A DNA stretch of 64,000 bases from an uncultured Acidimicrobiaceae bacterium (GTDB taxonomy: Bacteria; Actinomycetota; Acidimicrobiia; Acidimicrobiales; Palsa-688): contig CAWICN010000001.1 in the NCBI GenBank assembly GCA_963834725.1, positions 1,038,831-1,102,830 on the forward strand, given 5' to 3'. Made by a program: the position numbers and the translations under genes. Below the pieces are notes generated by a model. The model was not told where the DNA came from. It worked only from the letters and a program-made list of their open reading frames with translations, and did no database searches. This document shows, in pieces, positions 9,167-18,539 of the stretch (the first letter of the stretch is position 1; each line of letters opens with the position of its first letter).

Positions 9167-10098
9167 TCAGTCGATTGAGATGGCGAGCTTGCCGAGCGTT
9201 CCGGCGGTGAACTGTTCGAGCGCTTTGAGGGTTTGCTCGAGGTCGTAGACCCGCTGGACGGTGAGCCGGGTGTGCCCTTCGGCGTGGCTACGGACGAGCC
9301 ATTCCAGGGTCGCCGTGGTCGGCTGTGCGTAGATGGGTACGACCCGCACGTCCTGCGAGGACACTGGGGCCGGGCCTACTACGATCGTCGATACCAGCAC
9401 ACCGCCGGGCTTGACGACGGGGACGAGGACGGCAGGGTCGCCGGCGAAGTGCAACACCGCCTCCACCCCGTCCGGGTAGAGCGCGAGCACCTGAGCAGCC
9501 AAGTCGCCGGTGTAGTCCACCGTGCCGGCAGCGCCCAAGTCGTAGAGCAGTTCTGCTTGCTCATCGGTGTGTGCGGTGGCGATCACCTTCGCCCCGGCCT
9601 TGGCCGCGAGCTGGAGGGCCTGCTGGCCGACGCCACCGGTCGCGCCGGCGACGAGGACAGCGGAACCCGCGTCGATGCCGCCGCGCCAACCGAATCGTAG
9701 GCGGCGGTTCCGGCCAGCCCGAGAGCGCCGGCGTCGGTGAAGTCAATCGCGTCGGGGACCTTCGCGACGCCGACCGCCGCTGGAACGGTCACGTACTCAG
9801 CGAAGGATCCCTCGCCGAGCGCGTCCTTGACGAGCACCCCGAACACCCGCTCGCCGACGGCATAGCCCGTGACTCCTTCGCCGATCGCATCGACGATTCC
9901 GGCAAAGTCTTTGCCGAGCACCACGGGGAAGCGATGTTCCATTACGCCCTTCAGGCGGCCGTTCGCCACGGACAAGTCGAAACCGTTGACCGACGACGCC
10001 CGCACACGCACGCGCAGCTCACCGGGCGCTGGCTGTGGCACGTCAAGTTCGGTCACCTCAGGGGCCCGGCCGAACCTGCTCAGCACGACTGCCTTCAT
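9167..10098 (-). pseudogene. Zn-dependent/quinone oxidoreductase (MDR family), frameshifted near 9690
   Basis: The N-terminal half is in ORF 9583-10152 (MKAVVLSRFGRAPEVTELDVPQPAPGELRVRV...). The cofactor-binding half (GIDAGSAVLVAGATGGVGQQALQLAAKAGAKVIATAHTDEQ...GKLAISID) is in the frame of ORF 9167-9586. Total span is 932 nt, which is not a multiple of 3. Confidence 0.8.
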
Positions 10099-10110
10099 CA
10101 CATCCTGCCT

Positions 10111-10178
10111 TCCACTCAACGCAAGTGGAGCCCTCGCTCCAGTTACGTCCAACCGCCTAAGTGGAGCAGCTATTCCAC
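10111..10178. promoter_or_regulatory. Candidate TetR operator region (repeated AAGTGGAGC and short inverted repeats)
   Basis: In the 101-nt divergent intergenic region: TCCACT-N7-AGTGGA (10111-10129) and GTGGA-N8-TCCAC (10161-10178). AAGTGGAGC occurs twice (10123-10131 and 10159-10167). Confidence 0.25.
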
Positions 10179-10199
10179 ATCTCGGGTAAGATTTTGGCC

Positions 10200-10859
10200 A
10201 TGAGCGCTACAGGGCGGCCGTTGCGAGTGGATGCCGAACGCAACCGCCAGGCGATCATCTGCGCCGCCGGACGGGTGTTCGCCGACGAAGGAACCGCTAT
10301 CACCCTGGAGCACATCGCGGAAGTCGCCGGCGTGGGCGTAGGCACCATCTACCGGCGCTTCCCTACCATCGAGGACCTCCTCTCGGCAGTGTTGGAGGCC
10401 AAAATGTCCGCCTACGCCGACCGCACCGAGCAGGCCGCCGAACGGGCGGTCACCGAGCCCTGGGAGGCGTTCCACGACTACGTGACATTCATGCTGGAGC
10501 AGCAGGCCACCGATCTCGCCTTCTCAGAGGTGATCGTCGATCCCAACACGGCGACCGAGTTGTTCCGGGCCGAGACGGGCCGCGCCTTGGACGCCTCGGT
10601 CCGACTCATCGACCGCGTCAAGGCCGCCGGCGCGATCCGGAAAGACTTCGACCACAGCGACCTGTACCTGCTGCTCAACGCCAACGCGGGTCTGATCCGG
10701 GCGGCCGGCCGCAGCGCGCCACAGGCATCAATGCGGCTCGGGCGATACCTGCTCCAAGCCTTCCACCAACCCGGCGACGCACCGCTGCCTCCACCCCCCG
10801 CCGCCTGGGCCCGAGCCAGGAGGGCCCGCCGTCAGGCGTCGAAGCAAAGCTGCACATAA
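10200..10859 (+). CDS. TetR/AcrR family transcriptional regulator
   Basis: ORF 10161-10859, with the probable start at ATG 10200. The HTH is RNRQAIICAAGRVFADEGTAITLEHIAEVAGVGVGTIYRRFPTIEDLL. Confidence 0.85.
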   Translation: MSATGRPLRVDAERNRQAIICAAGRVFADEGTAITLEHIAEVAGVGVGTIYRRFPTIEDLLSAVLEAKMSAYADRTEQAAERAVTEPWEAFHDYVTFMLEQQATDLAFSEVIVDPNTATELFRAETGRALDASVRLIDRVKAAGAIRKDFDHSDLYLLLNANAGLIRAAGRSAPQASMRLGRYLLQAFHQPGDAPLPPPPAAWARARRARRQASKQSCT

Positions 10860-11281
10860 CCAAGACCGACGCTCCGATCCATCATGAGGTCAGACGGCGA
10901 TCCCGGCCCGACCCCTCCATTACGGAGGACTATCTCAGACGTAAGCCGGCGGGACGGGTTTCAGACTGGCGTGAGGTGTCCCTTCCGAGCGCTGCGCTTG
11001 CGGGACGGGGCGGTCGGGGGCTCGAGGTCGCCCCGGCGCCGTCGACGAACAAGGTGGCGGAGGCTGCGCTGGCGTTTTCCACGCCGAGCCGGCCACGCTG
11101 GACGATCTCGGGCCGTCACCGACTCGCGCTCGCAGCCAATGCAGGCATGCCCCAGAACGTGAGCGCCCGATCTTCGCCCGCCCTATCCCTATCCGCCGGA
11201 TTGATGCGCCACCAACGGCCCTTCTCCTGGGCGCCGCCTGGCGCCGTTGACGTCGGTTGGTCAACTAGCTCGGCCAGATGT

Positions 11282-11746
11282 TCAGTTCTTCGGGTCCGTT
11301 TGTCGGCTTTCTTTCGCCCAGCGCCGACCACCTGCCGGGCGTTGCTCCTGTGCGGAGACCGCAGCCATCGACGTGTGGAGCTTCGAGAGCAGTTCGGTGA
11401 GCGTTCGCACCTGATCGGGCTCCCAGTCCTTTACGAACAGCGCGAACCGTTTGAGGCCGAACTCTTCGAGGCGGCGCAGCTCGTCGCCTCCAGCTGGCTG
11501 GAGGGTGACCAGGCACGAACGTCTATCAGCTGGATCGGCGGTGACCTTTACGTAGCCGGCGTCCTCTAGCTCGCGAACCTGGCGGGTCACCAGCGATGGG
11601 TGAACCTGTTGGAGATCGGCGATCTCGGAGGGACGGACTGCCTCATGGCCGGCGATCACTTGCAGCAAGCTCAGGGTGCTGGCGCCCTTCCGCTGGCGCC
11701 GGGCCCGATCGATCCCGGCGTTCATGGTGAACAGTGCCGCCACCAT
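11282..11746 (-). CDS. MarR family transcriptional regulator
   Basis: C-terminal 154 aa of ORF 11282-12418: LSLLQVIAGHEAVRPSEIADLQQVHPSLVTRQVRELEDAGYVKVTADPADRRSCLVTLQPAG (winged helix). The start may lie up to about 30 nt upstream. Confidence 0.85.
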   Translation of the reverse strand: MVAALFTMNAGIDRARRQRKGASTLSLLQVIAGHEAVRPSEIADLQQVHPSLVTRQVRELEDAGYVKVTADPADRRSCLVTLQPAGGDELRRLEEFGLKRFALFVKDWEPDQVRTLTELLSKLHTSMAAVSAQEQRPAGGRRWAKESRQTDPKN

Positions 11747-11794
11747 CGACTGGACATCACGCTTGCTGGGCGGCACCAGACTAGTGTATAGTTC

Positions 11795-11809
11795 ATTGAC
11801 ATAGTCAAT
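11795..11809. promoter_or_regulatory. Perfect palindrome ATTGAC-ATA-GTCAAT, candidate MarR operator
   Basis: Lies in an AT-rich patch between marR and the divergent small membrane ORF. Confidence 0.4.
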
Positions 11810-11899
11810 CAAGTAATGGCGGCTCCGAGGGCTTGGCTCACCACGACGGCCGTTGATGGGGCGATCATCCGATCGCCCTACACCTCGAAGGAGGATCCG

Positions 11900-12091
11900 A
11901 TGGATCGGTTGTACAGGCGGTTCCTTGACCGCAACGTGTTGTTGGCCGTGGGCGTGCTCCCTCCCACCCTGTTCCTTTTTGGCGGTCACGTCTGGTTGGG
12001 GCTGGTCTTTTTGGCCTGCGTCGTCGCCGGCCGATTCTCGGTCCCACCCCCGGGGACACCTCGCCGGCGTGCCCTTGCCACCCATCGTTAG
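11900..12091 (+). CDS. Small membrane protein (63 aa), hypothetical
   Basis: A strong SD (GAAGGAGGA, 11888-11896) sits just upstream of ATG 11900. The product is MDRLYRRFLDRNVLLAVGVLPPTLFLFGGHVWLGLVFLACVVAGRF..., with two hydrophobic helices. It is divergent from marR. Confidence 0.5.
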   Translation: MDRLYRRFLDRNVLLAVGVLPPTLFLFGGHVWLGLVFLACVVAGRFSVPPPGTPRRRALATHR

Positions 12092-12555
12092 CCCGTGCGG
12101 GACCAACAGCTGCCCCCAGCTAGCCGCCCGGTCCCCGCACATCGGCCGACCAACCGGTCGGTGGTGGCCCACGTCAGGGGCACTTTCCTGTCTCGGACCA
12201 GCGAAGTGCCTCGAGACGCGCGAAGAATTTCGCCCATTTTGCGCGTCCCCGAATCCCAAACCCCATGCAGGCGCCCGGCTGTCTCTGTTCGACATTGAGG
12301 TCGGGCTGCGTGGCACCGCGTTCATCACCGCCGCTGGAAACCTCACCGAACGCGACGACCGGCCGATCCCTGTCGTCGGGCTGCGACCGCGCCGCCACGC
12401 CCGGGTCGAGGACCGCATCCGTCAGGCCACAGCCGGGGGGCTGCGAAACCTGCCCTGCAAGACTGCTCGCGTGAAAGAGGGAAGCTAATGTTGCTGGTCG
12501 ATTCTGGCGGTGGTGTTCTTTCGTCGCGGGCCCGCGGCCGGCCACGGGAGGACCG

Positions 12556-13473
12556 ATGATCGAATCGAGGAACCTCACCAAACTGTTCGGGTCGGTCCTG
12601 GCGGTGAACGACCTGAGTTTTACCGTCGATGCGGGGAGCGTTACCGGCTTTCTCGGTCCGAACGGCGCCGGCAAGACCACCACCATGAAGCTCATCCTCG
12701 GGCTTGACGCCCCGACGGGTGGCTCGGTCCGGGTGAACGGAAAATCCTACGGGGAGCTGCCCGCCCCCCTGCGCGAGGTGGGCGCCCTGCTGGACGCCAA
12801 AGCGGTGCACGGCGGGCGCAAGGCGTACGACCACCTGGTCTGGCTGGCGCTCAGCAACAAGATTGCGGTCAAGCGGGTCGACGAGGTTCTGGGTCTCGTC
12901 GGTCTGGAGACGGTCGCCGACCGCCGGACCGGCACGTTCTCCCTGGGGATGAGCCAGCGGCTGGGTATCGCCGCCGCTCTACTGGGCGACCCACCGGTGC
13001 TGATGTTCGACGAACCGGTCAACGGCCTGGATCCCGAGGGCATCGTGTGGGTGCGTCAGATGATGCGGGCCCTGGCCGCGGAAGGACGGACCGTGTTCGT
13101 TTCCAGTCACCTGATGAGCGAGATGGCCCTCACGGCCGACCGCCTGGTCGTGATCGGGCGGGGCCACCTGATCGCCGACACCAGTGTCTCCGATTTCATC
13201 GACTCCTCCTCGCAGCAGTCGGTGCGGGTGCGGTCCCCGCAAGGTGACGGGCTGGCCGAGCGTCTCCGCCAGGCCGGGGCCACGGTGCGCCCGGCACCGG
13301 AGGGGGAGTTCGACGTGGTCGGGATGGACAGCGCCGCTATCGGCGAGCTGGCCGCCGCCAATGGCTTTGTCCTGCATCAGTTGGTGACGCAGCGAGCGTC
13401 GTTGGAGGAGGCGTTCATGGAACTGACCCACGACACCGTGGAGTACCACGCCGCCGAAAGGGGGAATCAGTGA
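12556..13473 (+). CDS. ABC transporter ATP-binding protein
   Basis: Walker A GPNGAGKTT, signature LSLGMSQRL, Walker B VLMFDEP. Confidence 0.9.
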   Translation: MIESRNLTKLFGSVLAVNDLSFTVDAGSVTGFLGPNGAGKTTTMKLILGLDAPTGGSVRVNGKSYGELPAPLREVGALLDAKAVHGGRKAYDHLVWLALSNKIAVKRVDEVLGLVGLETVADRRTGTFSLGMSQRLGIAAALLGDPPVLMFDEPVNGLDPEGIVWVRQMMRALAAEGRTVFVSSHLMSEMALTADRLVVIGRGHLIADTSVSDFIDSSSQQSVRVRSPQGDGLAERLRQAGATVRPAPEGEFDVVGMDSAAIGELAAANGFVLHQLVTQRASLEEAFMELTHDTVEYHAAERGNQ

Positions 13474-14291
13474 CCGCCGCAACCTCGACCGCGGTGAACG
13501 GCCGGTCCTTCGAACTGCCTTCGTTCGCCGATGTGGTTCGCTCCGAGTGGCACAAGTTCCACACCGTCCGTTCCACCTACTGGTCCCTCCTGGCCGCGGT
13601 GGTGGTCGGCCTCGGTCTCAGCGCCGTGATCAGCCTGGCCGCCTCCAACCACTACCCGAACGCGTCTGCGTCCGATCGTCTGAAGTGGGATCCGACCACG
13701 ATCAGCACCAGCGGCTTCGGCCTGGCCCAGCTAGCCATCGGCGTGCTGGGGGTATTGATCATTACTTCGGAGTTCTCTACCGGGCAGATTCAGATGAGCC
13801 TGGCGGCCGTGCCCAAACGGCACCGCGTCCTGGCCGCGAAGGGCGTCGTCTACGCCGTCGTGGTGCTCGTCGTGGTCGAGGTCCTGGCGTTCGTAGCGTT
13901 CTTCGTCGGCCAGGCGATCATCCATACCAACGCCCCGTCGGTCACCCTGGGGGACCACGATGTCCTCCGGGCCGTCATCGGCGCCGGCCTTTACGCGGCC
14001 GTACTCGGGCTGCTGGCCTTGGCCATCGGAACAATTGTGCGCAGTGCAGCCGCCGGCATCGGGATCCTGGTGGCGTTGCTCTACGTGCTTCCCGGTATCG
14101 CGGCCGCCCTCCCATCGAACCTGGAGCACTCGGTCGAGAAGTTCTGGCCGACCCAGGCCGGCGGACAGCTTGTTTCGGTGTACCGAGCCGCCCACACGCT
14201 CTCGCCCTGGGCCGGATTCGCCTGGATGGCCATTTTCACCGCCGTGGTCTTCGCCGTCGCGGTGTTGGTGCTGAGAAACCGCGACGTCTAA
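13470..14291 (+). CDS. ABC-2 type transporter permease
   Basis: 273-aa polytopic membrane ORF. Its GTG overlaps the ATPase stop (GTGA at 13470-13473). Confidence 0.85.
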   Translation: MTAATSTAVNGRSFELPSFADVVRSEWHKFHTVRSTYWSLLAAVVVGLGLSAVISLAASNHYPNASASDRLKWDPTTISTSGFGLAQLAIGVLGVLIITSEFSTGQIQMSLAAVPKRHRVLAAKGVVYAVVVLVVVEVLAFVAFFVGQAIIHTNAPSVTLGDHDVLRAVIGAGLYAAVLGLLALAIGTIVRSAAAGIGILVALLYVLPGIAAALPSNLEHSVEKFWPTQAGGQLVSVYRAAHTLSPWAGFAWMAIFTAVVFAVAVLVLRNRDV

Positions 14292-14412
14292 TCCGCCGCC
14301 GGCCGGCGGTGGCCCAAGAAGGCCCAAGGCCGCAGGCCCATAACCCCGGGCGCCAACTAGCCGCTACCGCCGGCGCGGTTGCACTGTGCGGTCAAGGAAT
14401 TCGCAACCGCAC

Positions 14413-14718
14413 TCATGAGCGCTCAGCACGGCGCAACCAAATAGTCCATGGCCGGACGCTTCGAAGGCTGAGCACTCCATCGGCCCACGGATCGGGGGCC
14501 ATCCGCGTTCGCGCTTCCTGCTCGCTGTCAGCGTCGACCACCAGGAGGGCCTGGTCTCCGTCAAGCTCACCCACCGGGCCGCCCAGGACTATGAAGTCGT
14601 CCTCAACGAGCCCATCCATGAACGCGGCGTGCGCATCCCATCCCGCCTGCTCCCGGCGGGGCTTGTCATCGTCCCAGGTGGGGCCGCGGGTGGTTTCCAC
14701 CAAGTAGTAATTGGCCAC
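14413..14718 (-). CDS. YciI family protein
   Basis: ORF 14413-14781, with the likely GTG start at 14718. The product is VANYYLVETTRGPTWDDDKPRREQAGWDAHAAFMDGLVEDDFIVLGGPVG... Confidence 0.7.
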   Translation of the reverse strand: MANYYLVETTRGPTWDDDKPRREQAGWDAHAAFMDGLVEDDFIVLGGPVGELDGDQALLVVDADSEQEARTRMAPDPWADGVLSLRSVRPWTIWLRRAERS

Positions 14719-14961
14719 CCGTCGATCGTATGCAGCTGATGTGACAACTTGGGTTGGGGGCACCCTGAGCAAGGATCCCAACTCCTACCCACGGCCGAAT
14801 CGACACACACCTCGGAATGTCCCCAAACGTCAAACCGTTCCGTCTGTGGAGGGTCGCCCAGATCGCCGGGTCGGGGGGCGCTGTCGACCCGCGAGGGGCA
14901 GGCAGAGGATACCACCGAGAGGCTGTCTGGGCAGGGGTTGGTCGGCGCGACGAACCTCAGA

Positions 14962-15297
14962 TCAAAGGTCGAGCACGAACCGCAAGGCGCGGTCGATGGC
15001 TCCCATCTGCTCGGGGCCGATCATCCCTCGGCGGGACGACAGCCGCTCGGTCGAGATCGCCCGAAGCTGGTCACAACGGGCGTACGACGTGTGGTCTAGC
15101 CCGCTCATCCCGGGATCCAGCTCTACATGGCTTCGGAGTCCATAAGCCGCAGAACTTACGGGCACGACAACAACGAGCCCGCCGGGGCCGTTGTTGAGGA
15201 GCTCAACCGAGACCACGACAGCCGGCCGCGTGAAAGCTGGCTCATGCCCAATGGGCTGACCCAGGTCGACGTCATAGACCTCGCCTCGCCAGATCAC
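14962..15297 (-). CDS. mazF: Type II toxin, MazF/PemK family endoribonuclease
   Basis: IWRGEVYDVDLGQPIGHEPAFTRPAVVVSVELLN...SYARCDQLRAISTERL. The GTG start overlaps the antitoxin stop (GTGA at 15294-15297). Confidence 0.85.
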   Translation of the reverse strand: MIWRGEVYDVDLGQPIGHEPAFTRPAVVVSVELLNNGPGGLVVVVPVSSAAYGLRSHVELDPGMSGLDHTSYARCDQLRAISTERLSSRRGMIGPEQMGAIDRALRFVLDL

Positions 15298-15530
15298 GCC
15301 AAGCCGTCCCACTCCTGACGTTCGGCCACGTACTGCTCCCAGCGCTCAGGGTCGTCGCGGAGGTTCTGGTAATCCTGGTTCAGACCGCGTAGGAACTCCT
15401 GGCGCTCCAAGGCGTCGATGGCCGAGTGCACCACATCGACGACCGAAGTCCGGCGGGCCTTTGCCAGTGATTGGAGACGCTCGGAGTCCGGACGGCGGAC
15501 TCGAACCGTTGTGGTGTCCTCTGAGGCCAT
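15294..15530 (-). CDS. Type II antitoxin (ribbon-helix-helix-like, 78 aa)
   Basis: ATG 15530: MASEDTTTVRVRRPDSERLQSLAKARRTSVVDVVHSAIDALERQEFLRGL... It is translationally coupled to the mazF-like gene. Confidence 0.7.
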   Translation of the reverse strand: MASEDTTTVRVRRPDSERLQSLAKARRTSVVDVVHSAIDALERQEFLRGLNQDYQNLRDDPERWEQYVAERQEWDGLA

Positions 15531-15538
15531 GCACCCAG

Positions 15539-15556
15539 TGTAGACGATATGTAGAC
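15539..15556. promoter_or_regulatory. Direct repeat TGTAGAC-N4-TGTAGAC upstream of the antitoxin (candidate operator)
   Basis: Two exact 7-mers with an 11-bp period, starting 9 nt upstream of the antitoxin ATG. Confidence 0.35.
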
Positions 15557-15825
15557 AGAAGCGGTTTCGGTTCACAAGTCGCTGGTGGGCACCATCCGAG
15601 GCCGCAGCCTTGCTCAGCGGGACTTGGTGGGAGCTCCTTCCGGTGTCCCTCCGCGCTCCACAAGGGCACGTTAAGGGCACGCTGACCTACTCCAGCGGAT
15701 TCATACCTATTCTGAGCTGGGCTTTTTCGGAGCTGAACCTAACAGATGGTTATGTATGGGACGACGGGCTGTGGTGGCCGGTTGTCGGGTTTACAACGGG
15801 AGGTTGACGGGTTTACACTTGTCGT

Positions 15826-16359
15826 ATGGACGGACAAGAAGCGATCTGGGAAGGATTCCGGAGCGAGTTCTACCGGCTTCTAGGGAGCTACGACGACAAG
15901 TCGGCGTACCACTACGTCGAGAGCCTGAGCCCGCAGGAGGCGGAGGCCACCGGCCGCCAGGCGGCCCGAAGCGTATTCGCTCCTTTCATCTGGGGGCGCA
16001 AGGTAGGTGACCGTTGGGACATCCGGCGCAGTTGTGAGTTCTTGGGCGTCAGCCGCCAGGCCCTCTACAAGCGGGTGCGCACTGGCACCGCCCTGGGTGT
16101 CTCTGGCCAGGGCACAACCTACTTCCCCACCTGGCAGTTCGACCTGGATAAGCGCCTGATCCGTCAGGTCGTGGGCCAAGTCATCAGCGCCTTCCGGGAG
16201 GCGGACAACGAGGTCGACCCGCTGGTCATCGCGGCCTGGGCCACCGCCAAAAACCAACTCCTGGACGGGCTGTCCCCAGTAGAGTGGATCCAGCAGGCAC
16301 GCGATGAGGCTCCTGTAGTGGTGGCGGCGCGGCGGGCGTCAGCTGGCCTGGCGGCGTGA
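15826..16359 (+). CDS. Xre-type antitoxin with HTH and DUF2384-like toxin-binding domain
   Basis: 177-aa ORF. The HTH is IRRSCEFLGVSRQALYKRVRTG. The C-terminus is DPLVIAAWATAKNQLLDGLSPVEWIQQ. It directly precedes, and overlaps (GTGA at 16356-16359), a RES-domain ORF. Confidence 0.8.
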   Translation: MDGQEAIWEGFRSEFYRLLGSYDDKSAYHYVESLSPQEAEATGRQAARSVFAPFIWGRKVGDRWDIRRSCEFLGVSRQALYKRVRTGTALGVSGQGTTYFPTWQFDLDKRLIRQVVGQVISAFREADNEVDPLVIAAWATAKNQLLDGLSPVEWIQQARDEAPVVVAARRASAGLAA

Positions 16360-16996
16360 GTCCCGGCCCACTGCCGCTACCACCGTCGGACCGTGCCCTT
16401 CTGGCCGGCTTCCCGATGGCCCCGAAAGAGAAGTTGCCAGACAAGCTTTGGCGCATCCACAAGGTGGACAACGAACCCGAGTATTTCGCCTCCAGCCCCG
16501 ACCGCAACCGGTGGGATCCACCCCCTGGACTCTATTGAGCTCTTTCGGTACCTGCTACACCTCCGGCGACCCTCTCGGGGCCTTCATCGAGATATTCGGA
16601 GAGTTGCCCGTCATCACGCAGGGGGAGATCGACCGGCGAGCCTTCGCTCAAATCGAGCTTCCACCTGAGCCCCGGTGGGCCGACATGACCGATCCCAAGA
16701 TCGTGGGTTGGGGGCTGGATGAGCGTATCGGGGTGGGTGACGACTACGACACCTGCCAGCGGTGGAGTGAGGCGCCCTTCACCGTCGGGTTCACCGGGGT
16801 CATGTTCCGGGCACGCCATTTTGTCGGATCTATGTGCCCGTCAGTAGCGATCTTTGGGAATCCGGGCTACCAGCCCACCCAGCTGCGTGTCCTCGACAGC
16901 ACCCCTATTCCCCATTATCTGGTAGCCGATGCTTGTTCGACGTTCGGTCTCGAGAGGTGGCCCTCGACGCCGCTAGGACCACCGGGCTCGGTTTGA
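16356..16996 (+). pseudogene. RES-domain toxin (NAD+-targeting family), frameshifted at a C5 run
   Basis: The N-terminus is in ORF 16356-16538 (LWRIHKVDNEPEYFASSPDRNRWDPPPG). The remainder is in ORF 16448-16996 (FGTCYTSGDPLGAFIEIFG...VMFRARHFVGSMCPSVAIFG). The frames switch at CCCCC 16521-16525. Confidence 0.8.
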
Positions 16997-17308
16997 GCGA
17001 TAGGTAGCCGGCTGTGAATGCCAGGTACCGACCCTTCCGCTTCCATCGGTGCCGCTCACGGGCGACTCCGCGCTGATCGACCGAGTGGCTTATAGGTCGG
17101 GACGGTTGACTGGAGGCGTGGGACTGGTGGCGAGCCGCTCATGGCTGAAGAGCTACGGAGCCGTCGTCGCTGCCGCCATCGCAGCCATCGCCGTTATCAC
17201 GAGTGGCTTCTGGCAGGCGCAGCGAGAGAGCAAGAGCAAGGAGGGCGAGTTGGCTACGCCAAGTACGGATCCGTCGTTATACAGACTTCCTCGAATCTGC
17301 AGCGACTG

Positions 17309-17554
17309 TCAGCTTGCCTTGAGCTGCGTGATTATTGGGCCACCAAGCTCGTTCGGTCGCTCCTCAGACGGAGCCGTCCAACGGATGCGGACAATGTCCG
17401 CGGTACGGTAGCTGGCGATGCGCTTGGCCCAGGAGTCGAGCACGACGCGGCCGTCTCGGCCCTGGAAGAACGTGGTGAGCACGCCTTCCTGCATATAGCC
17501 GTCAGCGTCAACAGACTCCGTCTCAGTGCCCTTCAACTGGATCTCGTACGCCAT
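17309..17554 (-). CDS. Hypothetical protein (81 aa)
   Basis: A GGAGG SD sits 5 nt before ATG 17554. The product is MAYEIQLKGTETESVDADGYMQEGVLTTFFQGRDGRVVLDSWAKRIASYRTADIVRIRW... No family recognised. Confidence 0.5.
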   Translation of the reverse strand: MAYEIQLKGTETESVDADGYMQEGVLTTFFQGRDGRVVLDSWAKRIASYRTADIVRIRWTAPSEERPNELGGPIITQLKAS

Positions 17555-18417
17555 GGCGCCTCCACTCTCGTCGGTAACAAGGGTACGGGCGGGGTCCTGT
17601 GCGCATCGAGAGGGACAAACCTGTGACTTGCTGTCGTTTTCCACAGCCCTGCCCAGGCCGTGGCGCTTCGCGACGCTGAGAGCTTCTGTGCCCTTGCCGC
17701 CCGGCCGCGTCGGCCGGGCTCCACGGTGACGGCTGAATGTGGTTCAGTGCGTAGGTCGCGGCGGGCGTCGCCGCTAACACGGGGCGCCGGCGCCGGTGGG
17801 TGGTACTGCTGATCGGATGTGACCGCCGATGCTCTCCATCCGGGAGGGCGCGGGGAAGCGTCGGCTTTGGCTTGTGGGCCGTCGGGGCGTGCGGCGAGTT
17901 CGTCGTTGTATTTGGCGGTGTCTTCGGTTGCGGCTTTGACTTCTTGTTCGAGTCGGACGATGTCGGCTTGGTTGCGCTGCAGGGGGTCACGGAGCTTGTC
18001 GGCATGGATGGTCTCTCCGGCTTCGTTGTGGCGTTGGATGCGGTGAGTGAGCCGCCGGACGGCTTCGCGGCCCGAGTCCAGCGCCCGCCCCTTTGTGGCC
18101 AGGTATCGAACAGCCTGGACCGACTGGTATGCCACCCAGCTGGTCGGCTGCTGGGCGAGACTGGTCTGGGCGCTCGCGGGTGGGTTTCGCCGAACCAGCT
18201 CCCGCCGGGCGGCTTGGGCGTGTTGGTCGCCACCGTAGTCGAGTTCCTTGACCGCCAGGTCTGAACCGCCGTTCGCCCAGGAACGGCAATTCCCTTGGTC
18301 AGGGCTGGCGCCAGCCCGATCCTCAAGGTGCAGCGAAGGCACCCACGCAAACGCTGCTTCCTTGGTAGTGACCGCAGCCTCCGGAGCGAGCTGCGAACGT
18401 CGTGAGGGACATAACAC
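17533..18417 (-). CDS. Hypothetical protein (limits uncertain)
   Basis: The central part of the 294-aa ORF looks coding and coiled-coil-like (LAVKELDYGGDQHAQAARRELV...ADKLRDPLQRNQADIVRLEQEVKAATEDTAKYNDELAA). The Arg/Pro-rich C-terminal third looks non-coding, so a frameshift or earlier end is possible. Confidence 0.3.
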   Translation of the reverse strand: MLCPSRRSQLAPEAAVTTKEAAFAWVPSLHLEDRAGASPDQGNCRSWANGGSDLAVKELDYGGDQHAQAARRELVRRNPPASAQTSLAQQPTSWVAYQSVQAVRYLATKGRALDSGREAVRRLTHRIQRHNEAGETIHADKLRDPLQRNQADIVRLEQEVKAATEDTAKYNDELAARPDGPQAKADASPRPPGWRASAVTSDQQYHPPAPAPRVSGDARRDLRTEPHSAVTVEPGRRGRAARAQKLSASRSATAWAGLWKTTASHRFVPLDAHRTPPVPLLPTRVEAPWRTRSS

Positions 18418-18539
18418 ACGAGCAAGAATCCCAGCCCTGCCATCAGCAGAGGGATGCAGAACGGCACGTCGGGCGGACGAGAGATTCCCATGAGAGAACC
18501 TCCCTTGTACGGGCTGGGCCGGCGCGCAAGCATCAGACC

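Noticed and set aside
12174-12695. 173-aa minus-strand ORF (…VVLPAPFGPRKPVTLP…)
   Set aside because: It is a typical antisense shadow of an ABC ATPase Walker A region (GPNGAGKTT on the + strand). The rest is low-complexity.
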